Program-made: the position numbers and the translations under genes
Assembly: GCA_965603825.1 (NCBI GenBank)
Contig: CBFDEM010000051.1
Coordinates: 248,001-312,000 of the forward strand
Direction of reading: 5' to 3'
DNA: 64,000 bases
From: Blepharisma stoltei ATCC 30299
Taxonomy: Eukaryota > Protista > Ciliophora
Notes under the pieces: generated by a model
Databases searched by the model: none
What the model was told of the DNA's origin: nothing
The model's input: the letters and a program-made list of their open reading frames with translations, nothing else
Shown: piece by piece, positions 1 to 11,648 of the stretch
Layout of the letters: each line of letters starts with the position of its first letter
How positions within the stretch are numbered: the stretch's first letter is position 1

Positions 1-250
1 TAAAAAATGTATTATGCAGACAAAAAAAGATTTATCTTCAAAATAAATAAAAAGAGTCTTTCTTAAAACGGCTATCTATTAAAATAAAGATTTTTTTATT
101 GATTATGATTACTATTTTATATTGCTACTTAAAATCTAAATAGTTTATTAGATCCATTTATAAGTTTAATGAAATCTTTAGATTATTCATTAATGCTGAT
201 TTTTTCTTGAAAACAGATTCCGATGCGTTCATAATCAAAATACTATAAAA

Positions 251-1180
251 ATGGGCTGCACCGATAGCCGATCTGGCTTAAGTAAAGAAGAAAGAGCGAT
301 CGTTGACATGGAAGAGCTGCTTCACTACTACCAGAACAACTGCAAAGCTATTGATTTCTATATCCGCAAGTACTCATACGCAGGGGAGATTAATCCAGAA
401 CAGTGGCGAGATGTTGTAAATCATCTCAACCTCAAAGTAGAAAATACTGCTCAAAACCCAAAAGTCGTCGATTTTTACTCTTCATTTAAAGGAAACGAAG
501 GCAGGCTGCCTCAAAAGCCAATGCTGATACTTGGAATTATGCTAGGATCTGGAGCTTCTAAGGATAAAGCCAGACTTTTATTTGAAACTCAGGATGTCAG
601 AAACTCTAAAAGTCTTTTAAAAACTGATATTCATGAGCTCGTTGACCAAATGGTAGACATTGCAGTCAATAGGCTACCTAATCTAATAGTTACTAACCCT
701 CAAATAAGTGAAGAAGATATCAGAAACTACGTTACTCAGCTGCACCAGTACATTGACAAAGCCAAAGCTTTAATATCAAAAAAATTCATCGGTGAAGAAA
801 CAAAGGCTGAAGAATCTACAGTTACATTGGCGGCTTTTGAAAAAAACTTTATTGATGAGTCCAACGCAACACTTTTAACTCCTTATGGGTTGAGAATGTT
901 TATTTGGAGACTTAAGCCACTTGAAATTAAGTCTAAAAAAACGAAGGAAGAAACAAAACGTGAAGCAGCCACTAAAACTGGGGAACATAAAGAGAAAAAA
1001 GATAAAAGCTCGTCATCTTCGTCTTCATCTTCAAGCAGTAGTTCTTCGGATGAAGAAAAGCATAAGAAAAAAGTAGAAAAGGCTGAACCAAAAGCTGAGG
1101 CTGCACCAACAGTTGAAGTTGCACCAAAAGTCGAAGAAAAACCAGCAGAAGCCCCAATAATTGAGAGCGTAGCAGCTTAA
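251..1180 (+). CDS. Putatively N-myristoylated protein with a degenerate EF-hand-like region and a Ser/Lys/Glu-rich tail
   Basis: 309-aa ORF. Starts MGC (acylation motif). KARLLFETQDVRNSKSL resembles a degenerate EF-hand. Poly-Ser and AP-x-VE repeats at the C-terminus. Confidence 0.7.
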   Translation: MGCTDSRSGLSKEERAIVDMEELLHYYQNNCKAIDFYIRKYSYAGEINPEQWRDVVNHLNLKVENTAQNPKVVDFYSSFKGNEGRLPQKPMLILGIMLGSGASKDKARLLFETQDVRNSKSLLKTDIHELVDQMVDIAVNRLPNLIVTNPQISEEDIRNYVTQLHQYIDKAKALISKKFIGEETKAEESTVTLAAFEKNFIDESNATLLTPYGLRMFIWRLKPLEIKSKKTKEETKREAATKTGEHKEKKDKSSSSSSSSSSSSSSDEEKHKKKVEKAEPKAEAAPTVEVAPKVEEKPAEAPIIESVAA

Positions 1181-1200
1181 TTTAGTAGTTTATAACTAAT

Positions 1201-1812
<612 letters not shown>

Positions 1813-2196
1813 TCTTAAATTTGGATTATCAAAAAAGATTTTGATATTTTCAAGATTGAAGACATATATAAAACACTAATTAATTGGCCATAAATTCCTG
1901 CAAATAATAAGATCTGTAGTTTTTTTTATAAAATAATTTAATGATCTCGAATAATTCCATTTCAAATAATGTCTTTTGATGCAACTTTCCTTTTAAATTT
2001 TCATTACAATTCTTTGAATTTTCTATGCGCATCTTTAAAGATTAATTTTTAGCTTAACAAATCTAAAAAATTAAAAAAAATTATAATTATCTGTTATTTT
2101 TTAGTTATACATTGTATTAAAGCAGCAACTAGCAGTCTCTCAAAAAACGCATAAGTTTTTTATCACACATATGCTTATATCTGTTTTTCAATATAA

Positions 2197-3732
2197 ATGG
2201 TGGATTTCCGCAAAGTTATTGGAATTATCCTAGTTGTCAATGTAGCACTTCTTTTATTTTTCCACAGTTCTGGCACTGGATCTCCTATATCTTACCAACA
2301 AAATCTTGCTCCTTTATTTGAAGACAAAAAACCATGGCCAGTTTATCTATCACCTCAATGGGATGAGTACATTTCTAGCTTAAATCTTACAGGAACCTTC
2401 CAAAACATAATAAAAGACTCAACCTACTGCGACAAAGTCAAGGAATTCCAAGAAAAATATCCAATTCCCCTTGGTCCTGATAAAATGCCATCAAAAGAGA
2501 ATCGAGTTGTTTATGCTGACTACACAAAAACAATGTTTGTCCACAAAGTCGTCCAGGAGAAATCAAGGACTGTTTTGACAAACCATTACTCAGGAATGAA
2601 AGACACCCCTGATAAAGAATACTTGAGGCCTGACATCACAATGTTTTATCATCTCACAAGTGGATATCACAGGAACTTCAAAATTGGCAGCCAATTTTTA
2701 TGCCCTGGCCAGCTTTATAACCACATACCTGGGAATGCTTATTTAAATTTCAAAGATTTAACTGCTTTAGCATTCAGAGAGTATGGGAAATATTATGAAG
2801 GAAGAGAAGAATGCTTTAATCCTTGGGCCGTGACGCCTCACACATTGGTATTAAATGACAAAGAACAATGCGAAGAATTCGTTGAAACATTGAAAAACGA
2901 CGCTAACCCAGACAAAATCAAATGGATTTATAAGAAAGCTAGATACAGTCATAATGGCAGTGGGCTACAAGTAGTCGACTCACAAATTGCAAAAGAACTT
3001 TTAGAACTCTACAGCAAGCCTCAAGGCTGTGACAACAAAGACGACAAATACCTTGCTCAAAAATACATCCCAAACCCTTTCCTTATAAATGGTAAAAAGT
3101 TTGATTTCAGGGCTTATATGTTTATTGCCAGCACAGACCCTCTTATGATTCTATACCACGATGGATTTCTCAGAGTCTCGATGGCAGACTATGACGAAGA
3201 CTCCACAAACCCAGCTGCTTACCTTACGAACACCCACGTCACAGAAGACTATTTGAAATCCCAAAACATGACCCAAGAAGACTACAACCGGTTCATGGAA
3301 GACCAAGGCTGGGACTTTGACCACTTCGAAAGATACATGGTAAACAACGGTTTTGTTGACAAAAACTGGATGAATAACTACGTGAGGAGACACATCAAAT
3401 GGGCAATGCTGCATATAGTCAGGATGAATTTAGACCATTTATTAATCCACCCTGGTGTCTTTGAGATATATGGCTTAGATTTCTTATTAGACGAAAATTT
3501 CAAACTGTGGTTCATTGAGCTGAACTTGACACCTTCAATACAAGGGACTTCTAAAGAAAAAGAAAAAGTCAATAAGAAGTTTGTAAGCGACCAAATCGAC
3601 TTAGAGTACGCCAGAATGTATGGGGCTGATTTCGATGGGATTTTAAAGACCACAAATTTCCATTGGATTTTTGACGGCAGAAAAATTGGGATGGAGAGGT
3701 ACCATGGACTGGTTACTCCAAACTGCGTTTAA
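2197..3732 (+). CDS. Tubulin-tyrosine-ligase-like ATP-grasp protein with an N-terminal signal anchor
   Basis: Motifs QKYIPNPFLINGKKFDFRAY, YLTN and FEIYGLDFLLDENFKLWFIELNLTPS. Hydrophobic N-terminus VIGIILVVNVALLLFF. Confidence 0.85.
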   Translation: MVDFRKVIGIILVVNVALLLFFHSSGTGSPISYQQNLAPLFEDKKPWPVYLSPQWDEYISSLNLTGTFQNIIKDSTYCDKVKEFQEKYPIPLGPDKMPSKENRVVYADYTKTMFVHKVVQEKSRTVLTNHYSGMKDTPDKEYLRPDITMFYHLTSGYHRNFKIGSQFLCPGQLYNHIPGNAYLNFKDLTALAFREYGKYYEGREECFNPWAVTPHTLVLNDKEQCEEFVETLKNDANPDKIKWIYKKARYSHNGSGLQVVDSQIAKELLELYSKPQGCDNKDDKYLAQKYIPNPFLINGKKFDFRAYMFIASTDPLMILYHDGFLRVSMADYDEDSTNPAAYLTNTHVTEDYLKSQNMTQEDYNRFMEDQGWDFDHFERYMVNNGFVDKNWMNNYVRRHIKWAMLHIVRMNLDHLLIHPGVFEIYGLDFLLDENFKLWFIELNLTPSIQGTSKEKEKVNKKFVSDQIDLEYARMYGADFDGILKTTNFHWIFDGRKIGMERYHGLVTPNCV

Positions 3733-3759
3733 GTAGCAGAATAAATTAATTTACTAATA

Positions 3760-4797
3760 TTAGAGTTTAAGCAATTGAAGAGTTTTATTAAAAGCAATTC
3801 CTACCCAGTTCGGCTGGAGCGCTGACCAATTCAAGTTTACGATTTCTGCTTCTGAAACGTAAACCATCATTGGTTCCCTCACTTCTCCAAGATTCCTCTG
3901 TAGGTCCCAAATCAGAGCTTGCCGGTCATCTCCGGCTGTGCAGACATAGCAGCTTTGATTTGGAGACCAGGAAATGGTATTTACAAAATTCTGATGACTG
4001 TGTAGTTCTGCAATCGGCATGCCTGGCGACCTGATATCAATTATTGTTACGCTCAATGAATCCATCATGATCGTCGCAATAAAGTTCGGGTCCATTTTAT
4101 TCCAAGCTAGCCTTAACAAAGGGTTGTATCCTTGGCTTTCAAACAAAATTGTACACTGTTCCAAGCTTCTTAAGTCAAACTTCCTGACTGAGCCATCAGC
4201 TCCTACACTGGCAAAAGTAAAAGGGTCATGGCCAAATGCAATATCATTCACTTCTTTTGTGTGGGTCAAGATCTGCTTCTTCATTGCCTGCTTTTCTAAG
4301 TCCCAGATAGTACAGGTAGAGTCAATGCTTGCGGTTCCTATCATGGAAAGGTCATGCTGATTTCAATCAAAACTTGTCAAAGGTCCACAATAATCACTAT
4401 GCCGGTTATTTATGAGAGTTGATACCATTGTGGCTTGATTTTCTTCATATTTTCATAGGCGTAGATGATCACTAGAGGATGCCATTAGGTTAGGATGCTT
4501 GCCTTCTGTGTCAGGAACCCACATAATTTTGGTTGGAGAGTATGCATGCTGAATTGTCGTTTTCAAGTCAAATTTATTTTCTTCTGGATTCAATTGAACT
4601 ATTTGTATTTCATTATTTGTATCTTCTATGAATGAGCCTAATCCAAGCAAAAAGGGGTATTGAGGATTACAACAGAAATTAAATGCATACACAAACCATG
4701 GTGCGACATACGAATAAACTTCACTTGAAGAATTTGTGTTATTTTCTGTATTGAGATCTCTGCTATCTCCTGAAGATCTTTGTGAGTTGTTTATCAT
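3760..4797 (-). CDS. DCAF7: WD40 protein DCAF7/WDR68/AN11 (345 aa)
   Basis: Two ORFs are joined by TGA codons at 4453 (HLRL-W) and 4363 (PLTSFD-W-N), both conserved Trp positions. Motifs SIDSTCTIWD, FASVGADGSVRKFDLRSLE and PLLRLAWNK. Confidence 0.92.
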
Positions 4798-4937
4798 AGA
4801 TTATTATTATTCTGAGATATGAGTCTTAAATGATATTTATATGTCAGTAACTAAAATATAGATTACCTATTATTATGAAACTTTGATATTACCTCCTTCG
4901 TAACTAAATTTATTTAATAATCTAACTTGAAGAAAAA

Positions 4938-6176
4938 ATGACTACGGCAGCATCCCCAGCGTGATCACTTACAGGCCGCCCACGCACAGAAAAATCAGCA
5001 GAAATCCCTGGACCTGGGACTTATGTTTCTTCAGCTGAGCTTAAAGAAAAAGCTCCAAGCTATAGCATAAGCAAGGCTGAAAGGATTTCATCAGGGAAAA
5101 CTGCCACCATTGTTGGTCCTGGAGCTTATAATATTCCAAGCTCTCCTAAAGGACGAAAAGCTGTTTTTGGATCAGCTAGACGAATTACAGTTGAAATCAC
5201 TAATAAAAATCCTGGGCCTGGCAACTATGAACAAAAATCGAAAATTCAAGAAGGCCCGCAATATTCAATATCAGGGAGAAAAGTTCAAGAAACAAAAGAA
5301 AGCCCTGGCCCAGGGAATTATGACGCTAAGGATACCGTGCTTGAAAAATCTCCTTCATATAAATTTGGAACAGATAAAAGAAATGTGGAATTTGATAAGA
5401 ATAAGCCGAGCCCAGGGCCTGGAACATATGAGTTTAATCCAGAATTCACTAAAATGGGCTATAAATTTGGAAATGCCAAAAGAGTTGTTCTTAGCAGAGA
5501 AAATGTTCCAGGTCCTGGGGCATATGAATTGCCATCAGATAGAGATAGAAGGGCGTATTCGTTGACAAGCAGGTCAGAAGCTAAGCCAAAAAATAACTCA
5601 CCTGGGCCTGGAGCGTATGAAAGTGTATCAGGATTTGAAAAAAGATGCTATACAGTTAGTAGAGCAAAGAGATTTATGTCAATGACTCAAACAGAGCTTC
5701 CTGGTCCAGGGGCTTATGATGCTTTTCTTTATAAAACATATCAATATACGCCAGGTACAAGAACAGGAAATCGTCCATCTATTCATCCTATAATAGATAC
5801 TCCTGCCCCGTGGGCATATAATGCGAATAAACAGGAATCTGGACCAGCTTTTAGTATTAAGCAAAAATATAAGATAAAATCAGAAGCGTACCCAGGACCT
5901 GGAGCTTATGAAGCGAAAAATAGTCATAAGTCACAGAACCCTATAATTGGGACCACCCAAAGATTTATGCTGAGTGATGAAGAAAAATTAAGGAGAAGCT
6001 TGCCAGGTCCAGGAATTTATAATCCAGCTACTAGATCAGCGGAGTCGCCAAGATGGGGTTTTGGAAGTTCTAAACGAAGCACTAGGAAAGAAAGCAATCT
6101 TCCAGGGCCTGGGCATTATGATTTTAAAAGCTTTATAGATGAAGGTCCTTTAGGAGCGCTGAATAGAACCCAATAA
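4938..6176 (+). CDS. SHIPPO/ODF3-like PGPGxY-repeat axonemal protein (412 aa)
   Basis: ATG at 4938, TGA=Trp at 4962 (SPAW), then an open frame with many PGPGxY repeats. Confidence 0.88.
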
Positions 6177-6436
6177 TTTTAACTCTGATAAAATGCTATT
6201 AGTATTGCCTTTGTCCTTTAGATTTATCATACCAAATCCTGATTTCAAATAAAATATTAGACTTACGATTTCTGTGCCAAAAGCTAAAAAAAGACTACCA
6301 TAATTTGGTCTGCATTGAAATGCTTAAAATACCCATGATATTTATACCAGTAGTCCTTAATTTTTAATTAAAAATCGATTTTTACTTGGATTTTTTCTAA
6401 TTTTTCTGCTGTTTTGAATAATTATTACCTATTGAA

Positions 6437-6925
6437 ATGCATTCCATAGACAAAATTGATGAGCGACTTTTCCTAGGGAATGAAGCAGTTGCAAACAGCC
6501 TTGAAATTCTCACAGAGCATGGAATAACACATATTCTCATTGCAGCAAAAGAACTTCAGCCCCACTTTGAAGGCTCATTTGTATACAAAAAAATTGATAT
6601 CTATGATCAGTCAAATGCTGATATACGGAAGTATTTTGGAGAATGCAACCAATTCATTGATGAAGCGATTTCTAATAATGGTAAAGTTTTAGTTCACTGC
6701 TATCAAGGCATTTCAAGAAGTTGCACTATAGTAGCTGCTTATTTGATTTATAAGAAAGGCTACAGTTGTATGTATACGCTGGACCTTATTAAGAAAAAGC
6801 ATCATCAGTGCTGCCCAAATGATGGATTTATAAAACAGCTAGATGAGTACTCGCAAAATCTTAAACACATAAACCCAGGACTTGAAGAAATAAAATTTTC
6901 AAAGTGCCACTGCGTTGTATTTTAG
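6437..6925 (+). CDS. Atypical dual-specificity phosphatase with a CAAX end
   Basis: Catalytic loop VHCYQGISRS and PNDGF motif. Ends CVVF followed by TAG. Confidence 0.9.
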   Translation: MHSIDKIDERLFLGNEAVANSLEILTEHGITHILIAAKELQPHFEGSFVYKKIDIYDQSNADIRKYFGECNQFIDEAISNNGKVLVHCYQGISRSCTIVAAYLIYKKGYSCMYTLDLIKKKHHQCCPNDGFIKQLDEYSQNLKHINPGLEEIKFSKCHCVVF

Positions 6926-7240
6926 ACAGAAAAGAATATCTAATTATCAATCATGTAAGCAAGTTCATAATATATATGCTGCCCTATATTAAATACTGGA
7001 AAACCTACTATGCTATGGCTCCCATTAATAAATAAAAACTTGCTTAGATCCTAAATATGCAACTGCAATTATCTTAATAAATGAATATCTCCTGTCTACT
7101 TTCTTCAGTGAATGTAATGTCTTTAAATGATCGCAAAAGATGTATATATCAATATGATCTAAATGGCCAAATATGATGAAATTGCTGTCTCCAAATAATA
7201 ATGAATTCAAATAATAATTAAAATCAATTAGTTTAATAAC

Positions 7241-7921
7241 TTAGAGAGCTACTAGAATAACAATCAATAAAGCAATCAAAATGACTATGCAGCAAAACAT
7301 GAACCCATCAGCTGATTTTATGATCAATTCTTTCATTCTAGCAGTAGAGTTGTTAATTTTCAATTGGTTGTGGTCGACGTTTTTGTCCACATCATCAAGC
7401 AGCTGTGCGTGGACGTCAAGCTCGTCTCCGATATTTTTTGCAGCCACCACAAGATTTTCGCTGGTACCCACAATTGCATCTTCTAGAGCACTTTGGTTTT
7501 TGATCATTTGTGACTGGGCTGATCTCAAGTCCTTGTTGCTGAGGTTTCTTGTGTCCGTAGTTTCCGAGCTGCCATCTCGTTTAAAATTTACGCCAACTCC
7601 TGCCTGGACTATTTTTGTGCCTTGCCTGGTTTTTTCGTCAATTTTGGCGAGCTCTCTTTCAAGTTCAGCGACTTGGGCTTTTCTTTTATCGATATCTGCG
7701 TTATTTAGCTTGTAACGGGAGGGTTCTGCTTTGTAAGCTTCAATCATGCGAATCAGGCCATCTATATCGACAGCGAGCTCCTGTAGGCCACCTCGTAGTT
7801 TTGCATCTAGCCTAGAAGTGACTTCTCCATTTAGAAGCTTGCGGTCTCTTTCTGCAAGGTCTATATTCAGCTGATTCTTTACACGAGTTGCTTTATCGAG
7901 GTCCTTTAAGAAATCATCCAT
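7241..7921 (-). CDS. Qc-SNARE (syntaxin 6/8-like)
   Basis: Helical N-terminal domain, SNARE motif IGDELDVHAQLLDDVDKNVD and a C-terminal transmembrane anchor. Confidence 0.85.
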   Translation of the reverse strand: MDDFLKDLDKATRVKNQLNIDLAERDRKLLNGEVTSRLDAKLRGGLQELAVDIDGLIRMIEAYKAEPSRYKLNNADIDKRKAQVAELERELAKIDEKTRQGTKIVQAGVGVNFKRDGSSETTDTRNLSNKDLRSAQSQMIKNQSALEDAIVGTSENLVVAAKNIGDELDVHAQLLDDVDKNVDHNQLKINNSTARMKELIIKSADGFMFCCIVILIALLIVILVAL

Positions 7922-8389
7922 TTATTCTCCCTATTACAATTTGATCAAAGCTTAAAGTCTTTATGCTACACATACATTTGAATTAATTTAAATTGATATT
8001 TGATATATTAGGATAATATTTTTAAAAGCGATTATTTAAAGGGTATTTGCATAGCTTTGCTAACACGATTTTGTAAGGAAAAAGAAGGAAATTGGAAAAG
8101 GTGTAATTGCAAAAGCTCAAGGTGATTTTAAGACTGAGAAAAGCCTTTTGAGGGCTCAAGTTTTGAGAAATCAGATTTCGATATATATCTCTGGTGATTA
8201 ATTAAAAAAATTATTTCAAGAAATTGACTTGAAGAAATTTCCACATGCTGAAAATTATAATATATGCTTAAGTATTTTTCAATGAAAATAAGACAAATAA
8301 TTATCATTTGAGGAATTTTGTCGCTTAATCCAAATAAAAATTAAATAGGAAATAATGGCGAATAATATTAATTGTCCCTTTATCAATAA

Positions 8390-8490
8390 ATAAATGAATA
8401 AATATCATTAAGTCAGGGAAGTCGAATTAATAGCAAAAATATAAATGAATAAATATCATTAGCCAGGGAAGCCGCATTAATGGCAAAAAT
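8390..8490. repeat. Two imperfect tandem copies of a ~50-bp unit
   Basis: ATAAATGAATAAATATCATTAAGTCAGGGAAGTCGAATTAATAGCAAAAAT is followed directly by ATAAATGAATAAATATCATTAGCCAGGGAAGCCGCATTAATGGCAAAAAT. Confidence 0.85.
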
Positions 8491-8604
8491 ATTGTAAAGC
8501 GATAATGCTTTATTCAAATTATTGATAATTGAAATAAAAATATTAACAGTTGATATCTCTAAATAATTCTAATAAAATTATGAAAAATCGATCATAGTGT
8601 TATC

Positions 8605-9089
8605 TAAGTATTAAAATTGTCGAAAAAATGGTAAGATTTTGATTAGCAATTTTAATAAAATTCTCCACCTTTTAGAAGCATTAAATATGAAATTCTTCTC
8701 ATTTTTCTTATTTTATGCAGCAGCTCAAGCAGCCTCATAGAATGCCAGAATGAATGGGAAATAGCTTTTAATAACCATAAAACTGATTCTTTATCAAAAA
8801 ACTCAAAAAATGATAGCTTTTTCTGGTTTTGATATAGACAGCTTTGGAAATTATGGTGAATAAATATTCACGCCTGATCTTCAATATACAATAATTAGGC
8901 TTACTGAGACTCCAACAAAGCCCATTACCTTATGCAGCCCAAAGATCTGCGAAATTGAAGGCTATTATGGGATTTTGCAAAGTAACTCCGCAGTATCTGA
9001 GTACAAGATAAGCGAAGTTATTCATTCTCAAACTAGCAAATTCCACTTGCTAGCCCCAGATGTATGAATTTCAGAAGAATTTAATGATA
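8605..9089 (+). pseudogene. Decayed ~485-bp tandem duplicate of the upstream region and 5' end of the adjacent acyltransferase gene
   Basis: Aligns with ~9090-9575. Has an ATG at 8687, a 1-nt deletion near 8733, an extra A near 8810 and TAA at 8861 replacing TGC. Confidence 0.88.
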
Positions 9090-9171
9090 TAAGTATAAAA
9101 ATTGTCGAAAAAATGTTAAGATTTTGATTAACAATGTTAATAAAATTCTCCATCTTTTAGAAGTAATAAAT

Positions 9172-11088
9172 ATGAAGCTTTACTCATTATTCTTATTTTA
9201 TGTCGCAGCTCAAGCAGCCCTCATAGAATGCCAAAATGAATGGGAAATAGCTTTCAATAACCCTAAGAATGATTCTATATCAAAATACTCAAAAATGATA
9301 GCTTTTTCTGGTTTTGATATAGACAGCTTTGGAAATTATGGCGAATGCATATCCACGCCTGATCTTCAATATACAATAATTAGGCTTACTGAGACTCCAA
9401 CAAAGCTCATTACCTTATGCAGCCCTAAGATCTGCGAAATTGAAGACTACTATACAATTTTGCAAAGTAACTCCACAGTATCTCAGTACAAAATAAGCGA
9501 AGTTATTCATTCTCAAAAGAACAAATTTCACTTGTTAGCCCCACTTGTATGAATTTCAAGAGAATTTAATGGTATTTACTCTGATATTCCTACAATTCTC
9601 ATGATTATTTTCATAACTTCAATCATAGCCATAACTTTATATGCTTCTGTAAAAGACCATCAGTTAACTAATAAAGAAAAACCATCAGCTTTTCTGAAAT
9701 ATTTATTGTGTTTTTCTCTCCTTCGCAATTTAAAAATGCTTCTTAGAAGCAGAAGTAGAGATAAGTTGGGAAAAAAGGATCCTTTAGAGCTGCTTAATGG
9801 CTTGAGAGTATTAGCCAATGCATGGATTATCTTATATCATACCATACGCTATATGTGGGTAGGCGGCGTTATTTCAAATACCAAACAATTTGCAGGGAAT
9901 GTCAGCCCCAAAACTATGATTGTTGTTGATGCACTGTTCGCTGTTGATATTTTCTTTTGGATTTCAGGCTTTTTATGCGCCTTTTTACTGCTTAGCGAAC
10001 TTCACAAGACCAACAAATTGGACTGAAAAATGGTTTATGTCCATCGAGTCTTAAGATATCTCCCTTTAAACATTTTTATGATTTGGTTTATAATGTCACT
10101 TTGGAAGTACATGGGAGAAGGCCCCCTTTGGAGTCTTGGGGAATATACATTTGAAGGGTGCAAGGAAGTCTGGTGGTCCCATATTCTTTTTATCAGTAAC
10201 TTTTATCCAAATGGATGGGGAAATTACTGTTCAGGTCCTTCTTGGTCAATTACTGTGGATATGCAATTCTTTATAGTGACTATCCCTATGATATATATTT
10301 ATACAAAAAATAGAAAAATTGGATGGCTTTGCTTGATTTCCTATGTCCTGGTATCGGTTATAAGCTCAGGATACATAACTTATGCATTAGATATGAACGC
10401 AGTCAATGCAGCGCATGGGAACCATGATAAATGGTCCTATTATTATTACAACAAGCCATATTGCAGAATTGCGCCATATGCTATTGGCACTTTGACTGCT
10501 TTTATTGTTTTTTCTTATAGAAAGAATAGAGAAAACGGGACTTATTATGATAGATTCTCAGTTTCTATAGCAAAAGCAATAAATAATAATTTGTGTCGGT
10601 ATACTCTTGCAACAGTTGGGATTTTGTTAAATGCTTTAGTGCTAATGGGTCTCTACGATACCTATAGATTTCCTGGAGAAAACAATGAATATCCATATTG
10701 GAGCAAGTGGCAAAATATTGCGTATGTAGCACTAGCTAAACCTTTATTTGGATTTGCGCTTAGCTGCATTTTTCTGCCTGCCTTTTTAGGATACTTTAGA
10801 TTTTTAACGAAATTTCTTTCCCTAGATTTTTGGGCACCATTAGAGAGGTTGACATTCTCTGTCTATATGGTTCATTATTTAATTATGTTTTATTACTACA
10901 GACAGCAGACTGAAGCATATTTTATTAGCGATAAAACAATAAATGCAAACTTTTTGAGTTTTATGATGATTTCTTATATAGTTGCTGTGCCTCTTGCAAC
11001 TTTGATTGAAATGCCTTTTAATTCATTGGAAAAGACATATTTCTCGAAAGAACCAGCCCAAGCTTTAAATAATAAAAAAACTGAATAA
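9172..11088 (+). CDS. NRF-6-like multi-TM O-acyltransferase (acyltransferase-3 family, 638 aa)
   Basis: Signal peptide, FGNYGEC, CFSL, LNGLRV, FAVDIFFWISGFL, HRVLR, WSITVDMQFF, YNKPYCR and RLTFSVYMVH. TGA=Trp at 9550 and 10024. Confidence 0.9.
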
Positions 11089-11648
11089 TTTCATTTTATA
11101 AGTCTAATTAAAATTCTATTGAAAATTATGAATGAGAGCTAATAATTATTAGGAATGATCCCAACTCAAGCATGTGTATTCAAGGAGGCAGCGATAATTA
11201 ATAATCTTCTAGCCAAATACAAATAATAATAAAATTCTTGAGTTTAAGTTTTGTTAGTGAATGAAAAAATGTTTATAGGCTAAATTTAATATTTATAATT
11301 ATACCTTTATTTTAATTTTTTATTTTATTACAAAATGGTAACGGCTGTTGAGTAGGCAATTTAAATGGATTTGGAAATCTATTCTTTATATGAATTTCAG
11401 CTTTTTTGCGATTCCAAATCTCTGAATCCTTAAATTTTTGTATAATAAAGGAATTAAATATTGGCATCCTTCATGTGTTTAATTGGCAAATTCAATAATG
11501 CCCATTATTTTAAAATATTTAATTTTTCTATACATAAAGGTAAATTAAATTTATGCATTTAACATTATATTTTCCAATACAAAGTTTAATTACCAATTTT
11601 ATCTTATAAATCTTAAATAGCTATCCTATTTTTATATTATTAAACATA

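Noticed and set aside
7170-7200. ATGATGA followed by a 9-nt complement to 28S near 55686
   Set aside because: No D box follows; probably chance.
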